DNA of 64,000 nt, taken from the NCBI RefSeq assembly GCF_001194135.2, contig NC_068991.1:7692306-7756305 (forward strand), given 5' to 3'. Below the pieces are notes generated by a model. That model ran no database searches and had not been told where the DNA came from. It saw nothing but the letters and a program-made list of their open reading frames with translations. Source of the DNA: Octopus bimaculoides (taxonomy: Eukaryota). The translations under genes were made by a program, and so were the position numbers. Numbering within the stretch: position 1 is the stretch's first letter; each line of letters starts with the position of its first letter. Shown here in pieces: positions 37,446 through 53,100 of this stretch.

Positions 37446-40400
37446 ATACATATGCTAGATGTGCACACACAAACATATACATAAATGCATATACACAAAC
37501 ACAGATGATTATTAATGTATACATTTAAGTGGAAAATTAATTAATTATTCTGTGAAATGATTAATGACTTGAGAATAGGAAGAAACCAATAACATTTATG
37601 ACAGTCTGGGATTAGAATCTATATAAATCTCATAATTTTCAAAACGGAATGAAAACCAACCGAACGACAACAATTGAGGAAACGTGAATAAAACTTCAAA
37701 ACCATTTTCCATTCCATACATCTAGAAAAATCTGGATGAACATGACTAAATAAATCTAACACATGTATACATATTTGATATATTGATTCCCTCCAGTTGA
37801 AAAACAATAAAGGTTTCGCTTCTTGATATTGAGTATTTTTTGTTGTTTTTTTTTTCCTGTCATAGATGAAGGAGACATCTATTTAAAAACACAACACGTA
37901 TAATTTTAAAGTTGTCATTTATTACGTCTTTTCTATTTATAGTAACATTTCCAAAGCAAGGTGTCTACTATTGAATATTTATTTATTTACATTAAACATT
38001 TTTTTATTTTTTTCACCGACAGATTTTCTTTTCCCCTGTTCGATAAAACTGAAATGAGGTAAAAGGGTGCTGAATTTCAGTTATTTTACAAAATAACTGT
38101 AACACCATATAAACTGATAGAGTGGAGTCCTTGAAATTCTGCACAAATTTGTTACCAATGTTTATTTTGTTTGTTTATTTTCTTCATGTTATTGGACAGC
38201 TTTTCAAAATATTAGCGTTTCTATGGAGACACGCCCACGCATTTTTCATTCTCATTTATCTCCCTTTAGTTAGTTGTAAAAAGGTGCAACAAATTCACAA
38301 ACAATTATTTGTTTTTGTTTTGTTTTTTTTCCGTTTTTGTTTTTTCCTGAATGATAATTACATAAACAACACACAAATAATAAATACACATTTTTTTTTT
38401 GTGGACCAAAACCAAATAGAATGCACGCACGGAAAAAAAAGAAAGAAAAAAAAGAAAGAGTAGTGAAACCAAAGTATACATAATTATACAGACGTAGGGA
38501 AAGAAAAATTAATTTACAGAAGGATAAAAATCTTCGTCCTTCTAGTTGAACGTTTTAAACTGTTCTCAACATAAAGTTTAGAATGTGGTATGAATTGAAA
38601 TTCTTTTTTCTTTTTTCTGTATTTTGCCCGTATTATTATGTAAGCTTTGAACACACATAACTGCAATAAAACACACCAAAGCTTGGCCTTTTAAAAAATT
38701 CCTTGAATTAAAATAATCTTTGTTCAAAAATAACTTTCCCCACATGAAAAATAAGGAAAAATAAGAAGGCAAAAATGTGGTAGATAAATAATTAATGGTT
38801 TTTTTTTTTTTTTGGAACTTTATTCAATGCTAGCATATATTTATAGGTATTTTTGATTTTTTTTTTTGTTTTTTTTTTGGAGATGGTTTGCACCTACCTC
38901 AGAAGTCATTTCATATATGTAAAAACTCACACAAACACATCATTTGTGTTTACTGAGATTTTCTGAGGTACACACTGGTATGTTTTGTTATCTGAAATCA
39001 TGGAACTCTCTAGAAGATTTTTTTAATTATTATTATTATTATTTTTTTTTTTGGTAATTACAAATTCTATTGAANNNNNNNNNNNNNNNNNNNNNNNNNN
39101 NNNNNNNNNNNNNNNNNNNNNNNNNNNNNNNNNNNNNNNNNNNNNNNNNNNNNNNNNNNNNNNNNNNNNNNNNNNNNNNNNNNNNNNNNNNNNNNNNNNN
39201 NNNNNNNNNNNNNNNNNNNNNNNNNNNNNNNNNNNNNNNNNNNNNNNNNNNNNNNNNNNNNNNNNNNNNNNNNNNNNNNNNNNNNNNNNNNNNNNNNNNN
39301 NNNNNNNNNNNNNNNNNNNNNNNNNNNNNNNNNNNNNNNNNNNNNNNNNNNNNNNNNNNNNNNNNNNNNNNNNNNNNNNNNNNNNNNNNNNNNNNNNNNN
39401 NNNNNNNNNNNNNNNNNNNNNNNNNNNNNNNNNNNNNNNNNNNNNNNNNNNNNNNNNNNNNNNNNNNNNNNNNNNNNNNNNNNNNNNNNNNNNNNNNNNN
39501 NNNNNNNNNNNNNNNNNNNNNNNNNNNNNNNNNNNNNNNNNNNNNNNNNNNNNNNNNNNNNNNNNNNNNNNNNNNNNNNNNNNNNNNNNNNNNNNNNNNN
39601 NNNTATATATATACATATGTATATATATATAATAATAACATATATAATATATAATTATATGCAATATATCCATACATATATGTACAAACCGACATCTATA
39701 TGTATATAATTGTTTTGTTTACTAGTTGTAGAGAGATGGAACAAAGTAGCACAACAAATTCTTTAGAGATTAACTTGGAACAAAAGACAATTCTTCACAA
39801 GGAAAGGATATGATAAGATTAAACTTCCCCTTACATTCTGATTGTGGATGCTGATAGTCAAAGTTACGTGAACAAGTCAATAATATAAATACTCAACACA
39901 ATATAAGTCAACTGTGCCCTTTTTTTTGTTTTTGTTTTTTTGCTTTCTTTAATTCAATGGTGACACCCTACTGGCCCAATTTGAACATGCAGACTGACGA
40001 TTTGATCAATGTGCATAGTGTTATGTTTATAAAAAAATAAAACTCCTTTATACAGTTTTTAGAAATACATCGCTTAATCTACCTGCACCTTTTTTTGAAT
40101 TTCAAAAAGAGAACTACAAAGAATGAACAAATTAAAAGAGACTGAATGAACCGTAGTTAACTGAAAAATATGCAATTTCACCACACACTGCCAAGAGAAA
40201 CAAGCTTTATATTGGAGTAGTATTTTCCTGGCAACTGATTTTGATCTGAGACCAAAGCAACTGTTTCATAAAAGGGCCATTTTAGCTATCTAAAAACACA
40301 TGGAAAACTCATATATTAATTTCTTTTTGTGTTCATTTTTTGGGGTGTGAAAATTTCCGTTGCGCAACTGTGGTCAAGTGATTGACAGGAGTTTTTATGT

Positions 40401-41444
40401 TAAAAACACATGTTTTGTGACAACTAAAATGGCCTGTTTCATGATGTAATTGCTATACATTTATTTACATGGAAAAGAAATTATTGTTGATATTCGGAGT
40501 GTAGGTTGGTTAGTGTACAACTCAGATAACTTTGTTTCAAAGTGGAAGATGAAAGGACCTTAGAACAGGCAGAAGAAAAGAATTCTTTGCCATGGATAAG
40601 GAATTTCTTTCAAAATTTGCAATAAAATTAATTATACTGTAAAGAGGGTGAACATTCTGATGATCTTCATGAAGTTTCACTTTCTGCTCTTGGATATGTA
40701 CGTGTGTGTGTATGTGTGTGTGTATGTATGTATGTATGTATGTATGTATGTATGTATGTATGTATGTATGTATGTATGTATGTATGTAGGTAGGTATGTA
40801 TGTATGTAGGTATGTGTGTATGTATGTATATATATATATATATATATGTATGCATGCATGTATATATGTGTATGCATATATATTTATATACACAGACATA
40901 TATATATATATGTTCGTATATGTGTGTGTGCACATAAATATACATCTATGTGTATATGTATAGATATATTGTATACATTTACATTAAGCTTATGGGCATC
41001 TAATCAGAATACATATAAACTAATATACATTTATATATATAACTTCATATGCATAAACATTATATCTCAGTATGTAAATGTGTGTGCATATGTATATGTA
41101 CATGTCTATGTGTGTCTATATATATATATGTAGGTATGTAGCCCCCTCCATATTTTGAAGAGGTCTTAGGCCAACATGCTTTGGGGGCAGACGATACACC
41201 ATAAAGTTAAACCCTTTATGGACAGGAAACCCAGGGTAATCCCATAAACCGGCATTCCCCAGTAAAAAAGTATACATGTATGTATGTATATACACACTCA
41301 TAAATATACATATATATATATACCAATGTATATGAATATATTCAGGCTATGTATATATGTAATATATAAATGTATATATATATATATTCAGGCTATGTAT
41401 ATATGTAATATATAAATGTATATATATATATATATATATATATA

Positions 41445-41640
41445 AACGGGGGTAGCTGATGAAGTAAAATGTTCTCTATGTGGCTTGTGTGTTTTCTGTA
41501 CTCTGGTTATTATTATTTTCTTGTCTACGTTTTGTTTGAAATGTCCTGTACCCAGATATGCACCTATATATACAGGTAGACGTCGGTATGCACATACCTG
41601 TACGTATATATGCATATACTCATTTATTATTTGTTTTTAT
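41445..41640 (+). repeat. Dispersed repeat family H; copies at 90-282(-) and 61355-61530(+)
   Basis: Shared GATGAAG...ATGTTCTCTATGTG...GTCCTGTACCCAGATATGCA...TATATGCATATACTCA. Class not determined. Confidence 0.75.
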
Positions 41641-41905
41641 ATATATATAAAAAAATATATATACACACTCAGAGGAAGCTGCTTACTGTAATTATGGATA
41701 ATGTTATTAAACAGATATTGTTATCATAATTAGTGGGACTCAAACATTTATTTCAAATGAATTATTTGTCGATTCTACGCTTATTGGAAAGCTTCTTCCA
41801 AAAGTGATCACAAGAGGCTTTTACAATATATAGGTACATATATATTATGCACGTGTGTGTATAGACACATAAACATATTTACACACACACATATCTATCT
41901 ATAAG

Positions 41906-41940
<35 letters not shown>

Positions 41941-42039
41941 CATGTAGTATATATACAATTAAACTATGACCTTTTAATACCAATATTCAACTTCTAATTG
42001 TTAATAGTTGCTCCATTTCTTTTTTTATCTGTATATATA

Positions 42040-42074
<35 letters not shown>

Positions 42075-42500
42075 CATCATCATCATCATCGTTTGACGTC
42101 CGCTTTCCATACATACATATATATGTATCTTTTTATATATATACACATACATAAACACATGCATAAGTGCACATAGACATTTTACATGCATATGTATACA
42201 GTTACACACACAGAAGTAGTGATCACAAATTGTGAAGTCATAAATAAGAGACCACTTATACTATGAACCTAGATTGTTAAGACTGTTCTAAGCGTCAAAG
42301 CAATTGTGATATGGTTTCATTGTTCTCTGCGAGCAGACAACCAGAGAAATGCTTATATAACAATATTATTGAAACGGACATTAGCTTCAAAGTCCTGGGC
42401 AGTTAATGTATTTTAAAAAATTTGGCATGCAGACCCACATGATATGCATTCATAGATATAACACATGTATGTATGTATGTGTGTTCATATTCATATAGTA

Positions 42501-42563
<63 letters not shown>

Positions 42564-42972
42564 TATATATATATATATCAATTTAAAATTCATTAACTGT
42601 AACTTTGAAGTTCTGCTTCAGTCTAACTCTATAGGAGTAGGGAGTCCATATTTTCCAGTTAATGTTCAGTTTTTAAACCTCTAAAAATATCCTTTTGCTG
42701 TGTGTGTGTGTGTGTGTGGTGTATGAACATACATACAGATATGTACTGATATATTGTAGTATGCAAATATATGCATATATAGATGTGTGTGTATATATAT
42801 ACACACACACACACACAAACATACATTAGGCATGTTAGTCTCATATATGTATCTGTATATAAAGAGGTAGGAGATTCAGCTATATATATATGCATACATT
42901 CATATACATACAATATATATATACATACATATACATATATATAGATATGCATAAATATATACATATATATGT

Positions 42973-43075
<103 letters not shown>

Positions 43076-43205
43076 TATATACATAAATATATATATACAC
43101 ATACATGCATATATATATATATACATACATATAGATATAGATATATACACATATGTGTATATATATATATACACATATTTATACATATAACACACAACAT
43201 ATTTT

Positions 43206-43260
<55 letters not shown>

Positions 43261-44148
43261 TATATTGCGTTTAAATATTTTATATAATAACATCAATTTA
43301 TGTATTCAATGCATTTAAAGATATTGCTGAACAGAAATGATTTTCGTTGAGAAGTAGAGTGGGGGTGGGGCTCTCGAATCTAACCCCCAACTGGGTAAAT
43401 TAGTAATGTTGTTCTTTTGTTCTGCTTTACTAACAAATAAGGAGGGGGGAGTAAATAATGAAATAAACGAAGAATATATTTGAAATAAGTCTGTATGTTT
43501 GAATCCTTTTTAAAACGAAAGCTTGTAGTTTTTATCAACCTCATATCGGGTGTAGAAGTAGTTAATTTCTATTACGAATAATTAAATAATTTTTTCAGAG
43601 AATTAAGCAATTAAGCCAATATTATTTTTTCATGTGATATAGTTTTTGAAAATAACCTCGATATTAAGATATTCCTAAAAGGAAAAATATGAAAAAAAAA
43701 AAGCTCAAAAACGATTTAAGGCAATTCGGTAGGTACTTAAAATCGTGTTTTGTTTTTTTTTTTTCCCTTATACCAAATTCATTCATTTGTTTGTTATTTT
43801 AACTTGAGAGCACTTTTAGTCTTGATGATTAATTGTGTGGAAGTTTCTCATTGAAAACCCTCACCGATGAGGAAACCTCGGATTCCGGTTTTCTCTCAAA
43901 GCTAAATTTTATCTACAATTTACATTTTCTATAATAATAATAATAATAATTATTATTATTATAATTATAAATAATAATAATAATAATAAAGAAAATGAAT
44001 GAAGCACACGGTCTAAGAGTAGACTGACTTAATCGTAAAAAAAATACATACATACACATACATATATATATATACATATGTGTTCATGGATAAAGTATAT
44101 ATGCTGCATATTAGACATGCTATATATATACATACAAGTATATATGCT

Positions 44149-44189
<41 letters not shown>

Positions 44190-45228
44190 CATACATATAT
44201 AAAATTAATATAAACAGCAGTTTGTAGTGTTTCACCAACAAGGAGAATTATAATTGCCACTAAATGTGACTAGGGTGTTAAGAAACACCTACATTGCAAG
44301 AAACAAGAGCTACCTACAGCATTAGAGCATTTTAGCTCTTATTTCTAGCAATGTAGGTGTTTCTAACACCCTAGTCACATTCAGTAACAACACACACACA
44401 CACATATATATAATTATATGCTTACTCTGGTATTCTTTTATAGCCTTCATAAATTCTTTCAAATTATGTTCACCTCTACACAAATTAAACCGTTTCTGCT
44501 TATTTCTTGCAATCAAAACAATATCCACACCACACAAACGATAGCAAAACAGATATCCATTGCAGAATGTTTCACAAATATTACCACTTTTCACCAGCTT
44601 TTCTCTTCGTTGATTATGACTTATTCTTCAAAACAATTAAAATTCAATTAATCACTTCATTAATTAATAATAATAATAAATTCATTAAGAGAGTCATGTA
44701 ATGAAAAATAACAAACACCATGAAAGTACCTACAAGAAACTTCTAAAAGGATTCAAAATGAAAAGAATACTGTGTTAGGTGTCATGTTTATTTTTTTAAT
44801 ATTTTTCCCTAATTATTATTATCATTATTATTATTATAATTGTTGTTGTTGTTGTTTCTGATGTAGAGGGTGTCTTTTTTTTTTAACTTGAATTTTATAA
44901 AGGATATATATTAAAAAAAATCTCAAGTGTAAAATAAAACAAAAAAAATAAAGATTTATAATAATAATAATAATTTTCATAACAATAATAATTGATATCT
45001 AAGGTGTAATGTAGAAGGAGGATATTGCCATATTTCCGGAAATAGCTTGGAAGAACAGAGAGAAAGGCAAAGATGGTTGACAAAATACACTTATGTGTGT
45101 GTGTATATATTTGTGTATACACATGTATATTTATAGACTGAATTAGGTGTGTAGGGGGTGTATATTTTTATAGTTAAGGGTTGTTGTTTTCTTGACTTCA
45201 TAAAGTACATTTCGACATTTGCCAATGT

Positions 45229-45298
<70 letters not shown>

Positions 45299-48200
45299 GT
45301 ATTATATATATATTATTTGGTCATTTAAATCGATATTTCTTTAAATTGTTCTGCTGTCTTGAGACAAAAAAAAACACCAAAAACAAAGGAAGAGCAAATG
45401 CCTGCTGCTGCTCTTTTGTAAATGAATGTGTATGGTGAACGGAAATAAAAGTCACAGGAAAAAATGTCACAGTTTATTTTAGAATACTTATATAAATGAT
45501 TTTAGTTTAAGAAGTAATTTAAACAACATTTTAAGTCGCTTATCAACTGGCAATAACACACGACTAGTATACACAATGATAATAAACACCACATTTTATA
45601 TATGATATATAATATATAATGACATTACACGTATACGAAAAAAATCACGTTTTATTCAATATTTTAAATAAAACAATGAAATCAAAAGAAATGAATGGGG
45701 AAAAGCATTAATATCAGTCATTTATGGAAGTTTTCCTGTGACTTTTTTTCCTGGATTCGAATGTGTGAATCACAGAAGCAATTTTATAATGAAGCTGGAA
45801 ACAGCAGTAATTGTTCTGGTGCTGTTGTCAAACGACTCAAATTTCTGAACAGAACAAACGAGAAGTGAGGGACAGCAATAATTCTTAAAAATACCTACAA
45901 GACGAGCAAATTTTATTCTTCCTCCCTTTAGTTTATTTTATTGCTGTTTCTTCTACATGAGAGAAATAGTGCAAACCTACAGGCTTTTTTTTTTATTTTT
46001 CTTTCAGCCAGACATACACACACAAAAACAAAATTATAATCAAAACAATATTGGTGTAGAAATCATACTTGTAAAACATGAAATGGCATTTACTACTAGT
46101 TAAGTCATTTATTTCATAATGCATTCCAATGTTCAAATTTTATGGGAGGAAATGAATAGCTGTACAAAAAAACAACAGCTTCAGCATAATCTCCATTTTA
46201 GTTGGTAATAAGGGAAACGTAGAGGCTTTAGTCAGTATTTAAAACAATACTAAGTAGAAGTTGGGAACTATTATAAAAATTATCTGGGGTAATTGTTGTT
46301 GTAATTGCTATTTCTGAGCTTTTGTCTCAATTTGTAACATTAAATTAATTATTCCATAGCAAATAATGTAAGCAAGTAACTGCACTAGTTCTCCCCATTA
46401 AGTTAAGTTGGATCTTTTTTTCATTTGTCTACTCCTCTTCATATCGAATCATATCATATACATTGATATATAAAAAGACAAAATAATAACTGAGATCATT
46501 TTCAGGTTATATAGCTTAAAACATTTTTAAATGTATTCATTCTCTACTCAAAAAATGTATGATCATTTTTCATAGCAGAACTTAGAACTCAATGGTTTAA
46601 ACAATAAAGTTTTCGAAATCTGATCAGGTTTTTAAAAATAAAAAACGACTAAAAAATTGGTAATTAAATGTTAAAATGAAGATATAATTGTGTTTAAAAT
46701 GTCTATGGAAGCCATCAAGCTAAGTGAAATATAGTTGAGCCAGCCGAATGCTATCAAGTTGTCTGTGAAGAGTTCTTTCCCTACAATAACGGCAGCCATT
46801 TTGCTAACAACTATCTCCACTCAGCCATTTAACAAGCCACATCGGGCAGCACTCAAAAACTCTTCAAATATTCGGGGGCTTTGCCTTTTATTTATTTATA
46901 TCTAATATTTCTACAGCATTCTGTGTGAATGTTAAATCATTTTTAATGTTATTTTTGTCACTAGAAATTAATTTCATTTTTTTTTTATTAAAAAAAAAAA
47001 GCCATTAACACGAAGACACCACCGGACTTTGAATGAGTCACTAATTAAAGAGGTTTTCCCCCAAAAGTAAATTAATGCAGAGAAACAAATAAATAGATGT
47101 GTTTAAAATAATGTTTTTCATGGCCAAATTCTCCCTAGTATAGGAATTTCGTCACCTTTACGGACACAAATAACTCCTATATTTCCTTAGCTTAACATTA
47201 TTTTACAAAATTAGAAACGTCCTAATATGTGGTGAACTGGCAATTATCTTTATTTGATTGCTTTCCTACAATAATGTTGGATTTCTATAGATTAAAGAAT
47301 ATTGTTATGGGGGGGGGGTACACAAGGTACCGATACACAAACACACATGCGATCGATGGATGACAAACATGAATGGATAAATTTGTAGACATAAAGATGG
47401 ATAAAAAGAGATCAAAAAGACTAGGCCTAGTTTTCACTTATCACAGTTTTGTGAAATTACTTTTTATTGTAATTCAATTTTTCTGGGGGGGTTTTTTTTT
47501 TAAACTTTTTAATTAAATATAAGAAATAGTTGGAAAGAAAATAGATGATTCTAAAAGGAAGAAAAAATAACATTTGTCTTTTTTATGTTTGTCTGTTCGT
47601 TAATCTAAGTCAGAAACGTAGAAACTTTTAATTATTACAAGGAAGAAATCCCCCATATGATGTTCGTTGGTGGAACTGAAGTATTTATTTATTTAAACAG
47701 GGGACCATTAGAGTATCTGTCGGTGTCTATGGGAAACATCTTAAATGTTTTTGTTAGCTGATATGTATCTACGAGTCTCCACGGGTACTTATAACACTTC
47801 GTTATGAGTAACAATGTAGTTAAAGGCTTTAGTGCGCTGAATTGTTGTTCACTTCCAAGTCAACTCTGATCAAACAGACATGCTTGAAGACTACATTATC
47901 TAACTGTATCCTTTCCCTCCTTTAAGGCAATGGGTGGTCTGTGATTGAAGGGGTATTTGGTTGGTATTTCTAGCAGATCGAGTGCCCACACAAGAGGACC
48001 TCGTAACAGGCTCTGAATGCTAAGTTTGCTTCTGTGGTGGTCCTGAATTTCCACGGGACTTTCACAATGTATATGTTTATCAAAGAATGGATCTTTACTA
48101 CGGCTACTGACGGGTTCAGTAAGTGAATGTGTGTGACTTTCGAAATCGGTGATGGCCATGTAAATTAGTCGAGAGCCTTTCATGTGGTCGATCAATTTGC

Positions 48201-48706
48201 TAGAAATAGCAACTAAAGCCAACCTCAAATCACACACCCTACTATCTTTTAAAAAAAGAAACATAAATAAATACAAAGTGTATTTATCCCTAAATATACT
48301 GTCTGTATAAAAGACAGGATGGTTGCAGCTAGAATAAATACCATCAAACATGTAAATGTTCGATGGAAAAGCCGAACAACAATTGCTGCTCCCTCAAAGA
48401 AAAAAGGACAGAGTTCGAATGGTAAGCATTGCAGTAAGACAATGGGACATGTGTTGTTGTTTTTATTGTTGCTGCTAATAAAGGTCTGTCGTCGCTATGG
48501 GAATGTTTATAGTTTGGTGTGTTTGTTGGTGGTGAACATGTGTTGCTACGGAACGGTTCTAAGTGTTACGTTGTTTTTGTTGGTGGACACAGGTTGCTAT
48601 GGACAATCTTGTTGCTGCTAAACAGAGCAGGTGTGAAACAAACAAAAAAACACACACTGAGTCCACCACTTGTTTACCTTTAAAACACCTCATATGTATG
48701 CACATA

Positions 48707-48738
<32 letters not shown>

Positions 48739-49206
48739 GCACACAGATATATAGCATCAGACATGGAAGCAATTAAGATATTTCTGAAAGGGAACTGTTA
48801 ATTTTTTCTTTCATTTTGAGGCAACTTTTCAAGGAATAATAAAATTAAAACTCCAGCTTAGCTAAATAAATAAATATTTATTTTCTTTCTAGAGCAGGGT
48901 TGTTTCAGAAATGCAGAACGTGTATTAAATTGATGTTATTGAAGTATATGTTTTTTTTATTTTTTTTTTAGGGTAGCAAATGACCTACAAATAGCTAAAT
49001 GAAATAGATATTTTCTTTCTCCAAGTATTATGAGCCCTGATGAATAATAGCTGAAAATAAACCTCTATTTTGGAGAAAGTCTAAAATCTTAGATGTGGAC
49101 GGTTCGGTAAAAATGTCTTTTGTATCAGTTTCGTGAATGCAATTGAAGTATTTCATGAATAGTGAGAAATGTGTGTGTGTGTGTGTATACATACATATAT
49201 ATACAT

Positions 49207-49237
<31 letters not shown>

Positions 49238-49649
49238 GCAAGTAAATAAAAGCGTATCTATATATAATATACACATACATAAATGCATACATCATATACA
49301 CGTCCCATATATAAACATACATACGTAGATATACGTATAATCACAATTTATATATATATATACACACACACATACAAATTACGTATAGATAGCATAACTT
49401 ATATGTTGGTTTTTCAATATATATATATATATATTCATTATGCATGTGAATTTCGTTTGTATATGTACATATATATATATTCATGTATGTGTATGTATAT
49501 ATATATATACATATACATACGTGTCTGTGTATATAATATATATATATATACACACACACGAACGTGTGTATATGTGTGTGTGTGTATAATATATATAAAT
49601 ATATATATATATACATACACACACATTAACGTGTGTATATGTTTATGTA

Positions 49650-49683
<34 letters not shown>

Positions 49684-50158
49684 TTATATATATATTCCTA
49701 CATGTTTGTATCTAGACATACAAAATGAACTAAAAACACATGAGACCTCGCATAAATAATGGGGTAAAAAAAGGTACAACCATAAAAATGAGAAATAAAT
49801 AATTTTTTTTTTTTAAATCACCAAAAAAATAATCTTATTTACTGAATGAGGGGGGTGGGGGCTGTCGCAACTAATTAGGGTTATTCCAAAATGAATAAAA
49901 ATAGAATTGATTAATCAACAAATTTAAATTAATCAACAGTTTTTCTTTTTATGTAATTTACTGGGGTTATTATAATTGACACATTTTTGGGTTACTCTTT
50001 CTGCAAAAAAGTCAACACAAATAATAATAATAGTAATAATAATAATTATAATTATAATAATAAAAAGGAAACTATAATTTCCAAAATAATAATAATAGAA
50101 ATAATTAAAACCCACACATACACGCACTCACAGAGGCATTCAAGAAATCCTATGTCTG

Positions 50159-53100
50159 TTATAAAGTGGATCCTATTTGGGGTAGCTTTGTCCGCGAATT
50201 AAACTGGGACGATGTGATGACCACATCGTCCGGAATGATTTGCCTAGTTTTGTTCCCTGAACTGGTGCCGTTTGCAAGTTTTGGCACGGCACCGTTTCTA
50301 TTGTTTCCCGTAGAGTTTCTACGATTCAAAGTACCAACATTTGTATCGGTACCGTTGTTACCAATCGTTGCTATAGTGGTAGACATGCTGTTAGTGTCTC
50401 TGTTTTCGTTCGGTGGTGGTTTTGGTAATCTCCTACGTAGCCAAGAGTGCCGAAGAGCCTGGCTGGGAGTCATCCGAGAATTTGGATCCCATTCCAAACA
50501 CCGACGCATAAAGTCTAAAAATAGGGGATCATCACAACCTTTTAAAGCAGCCATGATCTCCTTGCTTCCCGGAGAACCTCGAGGTTTACCACGTCGCGAC
50601 CTGCCACCGTTGATGACACTCGACCCGTCCGGGAGAGTACTTACTGTACAGTATCTTGGAAATCCTTTCGAGCTAATAAAATTACGAGCTCTTTTAGAAT
50701 GGTCTAACAGTTTTTGTGGGGGCATTCCCAACATTTCTATGATACATGCTAGCTGGTCCCCTTCATCTTCACCTGGAAATAATGGGTAGCCCGTAAGAAG
50801 CTCGGCCAGGATACACCCGAGGCTCCATATATCAATAGGCATACCGTACTTACCACCAAGGATGACCTCAGGAGCCCGATAGAAGCGAGACTGGATGTAT
50901 GTATAGATCCTCTGGTGTTCATAACAACTAGAACCAAAGTCTATAACTTTGATACCACTGCGCCCTTGTTGTTTCAGCAAAATATTTTCAGGTTTAAGGT
51001 CGCAGTGGATGATGCTGTTGTTATGAAGAGAGTCTAGACATTGTAAGATTGAATGCGCGAACTTGCGAACAAGCTGTAATGTAAATCCTTGAAATTTGTT
51101 CTTCTTGATTAACTCATATAAATTCATGCTCAGCAATTCGAATGTAATACATATGTGGTTGCGAAACGTGAAATGTTCCAACATGTGGACAATATTCATG
51201 CTGTTATCTCGATCTTGTTTTTTCAAATGTTCCAAGATTCGAATTTCTTCCTGTGCCTGTCGGTGGAACCTTTTTTCGTTGCGTACCATTTTCAAAGCAA
51301 CATGTTGTTGTGCTTTGTGGTCATAAGCCTTAACCACTTGTCCAAAGCTCCCCTTGCCGATTATTTTCAGAACTTCATAGCGATAAGCAATATGATCGTG
51401 GGGTACGTGCAAGTAAGATCCGTTTTCGTCGTCGTAACCGTTGTTGTTGTTTCCACCAACTATACCTTGCCTTTTCTTTGCAGTGGGTCCAACAAAATAA
51501 ACCTGTGGGTAATTGAAAATCTCGTGATGCTCAAACGCACTGAGCTTGTTCATATATTGCTTCATAGCCGATTCAGGAGATAAAGCATTGTTGTTGTTGG
51601 TGCCCACCCCACCACCAAAAAGCCGTCGGTGATTCGAGGATGTTGTCGTCGTCGTCGTCGAACTGTGATGGTGTTGTTGTTGTTGTTGATGATGATGGTG
51701 GTGGTGGTGGTGGTGGTGGTGGTTCGACGACAACACCGACGGTATGTTGCTCACGTTGTTACTTATGGTGGAGCTGTTGAGATGCGTGTCATGAGTGGAG
51801 ATCACTTCGCTATTATTACATTCTGAAGGGACATCAGTCGAGCCATCAAACACACTAATGCTGCTGCTTTTGTTGGATGCAGTATTTGTATGAGAGACTT
51901 TCGGATTAAAATTAGAAATAGCAGTAGTAGCAGTGGTAGTGCCGGTTGCAGTGGCAGCAGCAGCGATGAGGGCTGCTGTAATGCTGTGGCCACTGACCGA
52001 TCCTTTACTTTTACCTGTTAAGTTAGTAGCGTTAGCAACACTATTATTATTGTTCACTGTGACACCAGAACGGACAGTTGGTAATGTCGATTTCGGTTGG
52101 TGAGCATGAGCACGACAGCAAGTCTGGTGCGCCAAATGAGGAGCAGAGTGTTGTTGATGTAATCGATGAGGTGGAAGCTGGTGAATATGATGCTGATGGT
52201 GATAGAAATGTTGTGGCTGGTGTGGAACATGCAGATGGTGATGATGTAATAGAGGAGGACCGGTCAAATCGTTGTTGTTGTTGTTGTAAGCACCGACGAC
52301 ATGGTTGATGGTGTTTGTTGTAGTGGTGGTAACGTCTGTGAAAGTGGTGCTGCCGACGGCGATGGTACTACTGTTGGAAGCAAGTGGCGGTGATGAGGAT
52401 GACAAAAAGTGCAAAGGAAAACCTTCAGATGGGTTATTACACTGATGGCCGGCCGTGGTGATATTTGTGCTAATGGAGACGGCTCTGGTTCCAGGCGGAC
52501 TGGTGGTGTTGACCGCTGGACGTACAGAATGAATCGGGATGGTGGCTGTAATATTTTCCGATTTTGTGGCTGTTGTCGATGCTGGTAGTGTATTAACAAT
52601 TGCAGCAGTTCCGCAGCTGCTAGCTGTATTATTCCTTCGGCAATAGCTGACAGCACCAGCGTTAACAAAATGATAGGTTCTTCGTCCGTCTCTTTCGTAA
52701 GCGATTCCTTCTTCGAACCTGTCTTCTTCTTCGATTCCTTCCTCTCTGCTATGGCAAAGGTTGTAGGGTCGTTGTTGCTGCTGTAGTAGTTGCTGTTGTA
52801 GTTGTTGATGATGTTTACAGCTATGGTGTTCCTGCGATTGATATTGGGGAAAAGTAAAGTGACGGATTTGTTGCTGGTTGTTGTAGCGTTGACGGAAGAG
52901 GCTGAGGTGCTGGTCGTTAACGTCGCCGACACCTCCTCGGTCGCCATTTTGTGGATCGGGCGGCGCAGAAATCCGCCGTTGATCGGCTGCAATGGCCGGG
53001 CTGTGGTGCCGTTGTTGGATGCTTTCTGACGAATTGTTCCCTTGGCTTCGGCTACACTTACAACACGATCCTTTAGTGCTGGACTCAGCCCTCGCTGGAA

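Noticed and set aside
41335-41440. ~48-bp tandem duplication (TATTCAGGCTATGTATATATGTAATATATAAATG)
   Set aside because: It is bounded by (TA)n and is explained by ordinary slippage or assembly.
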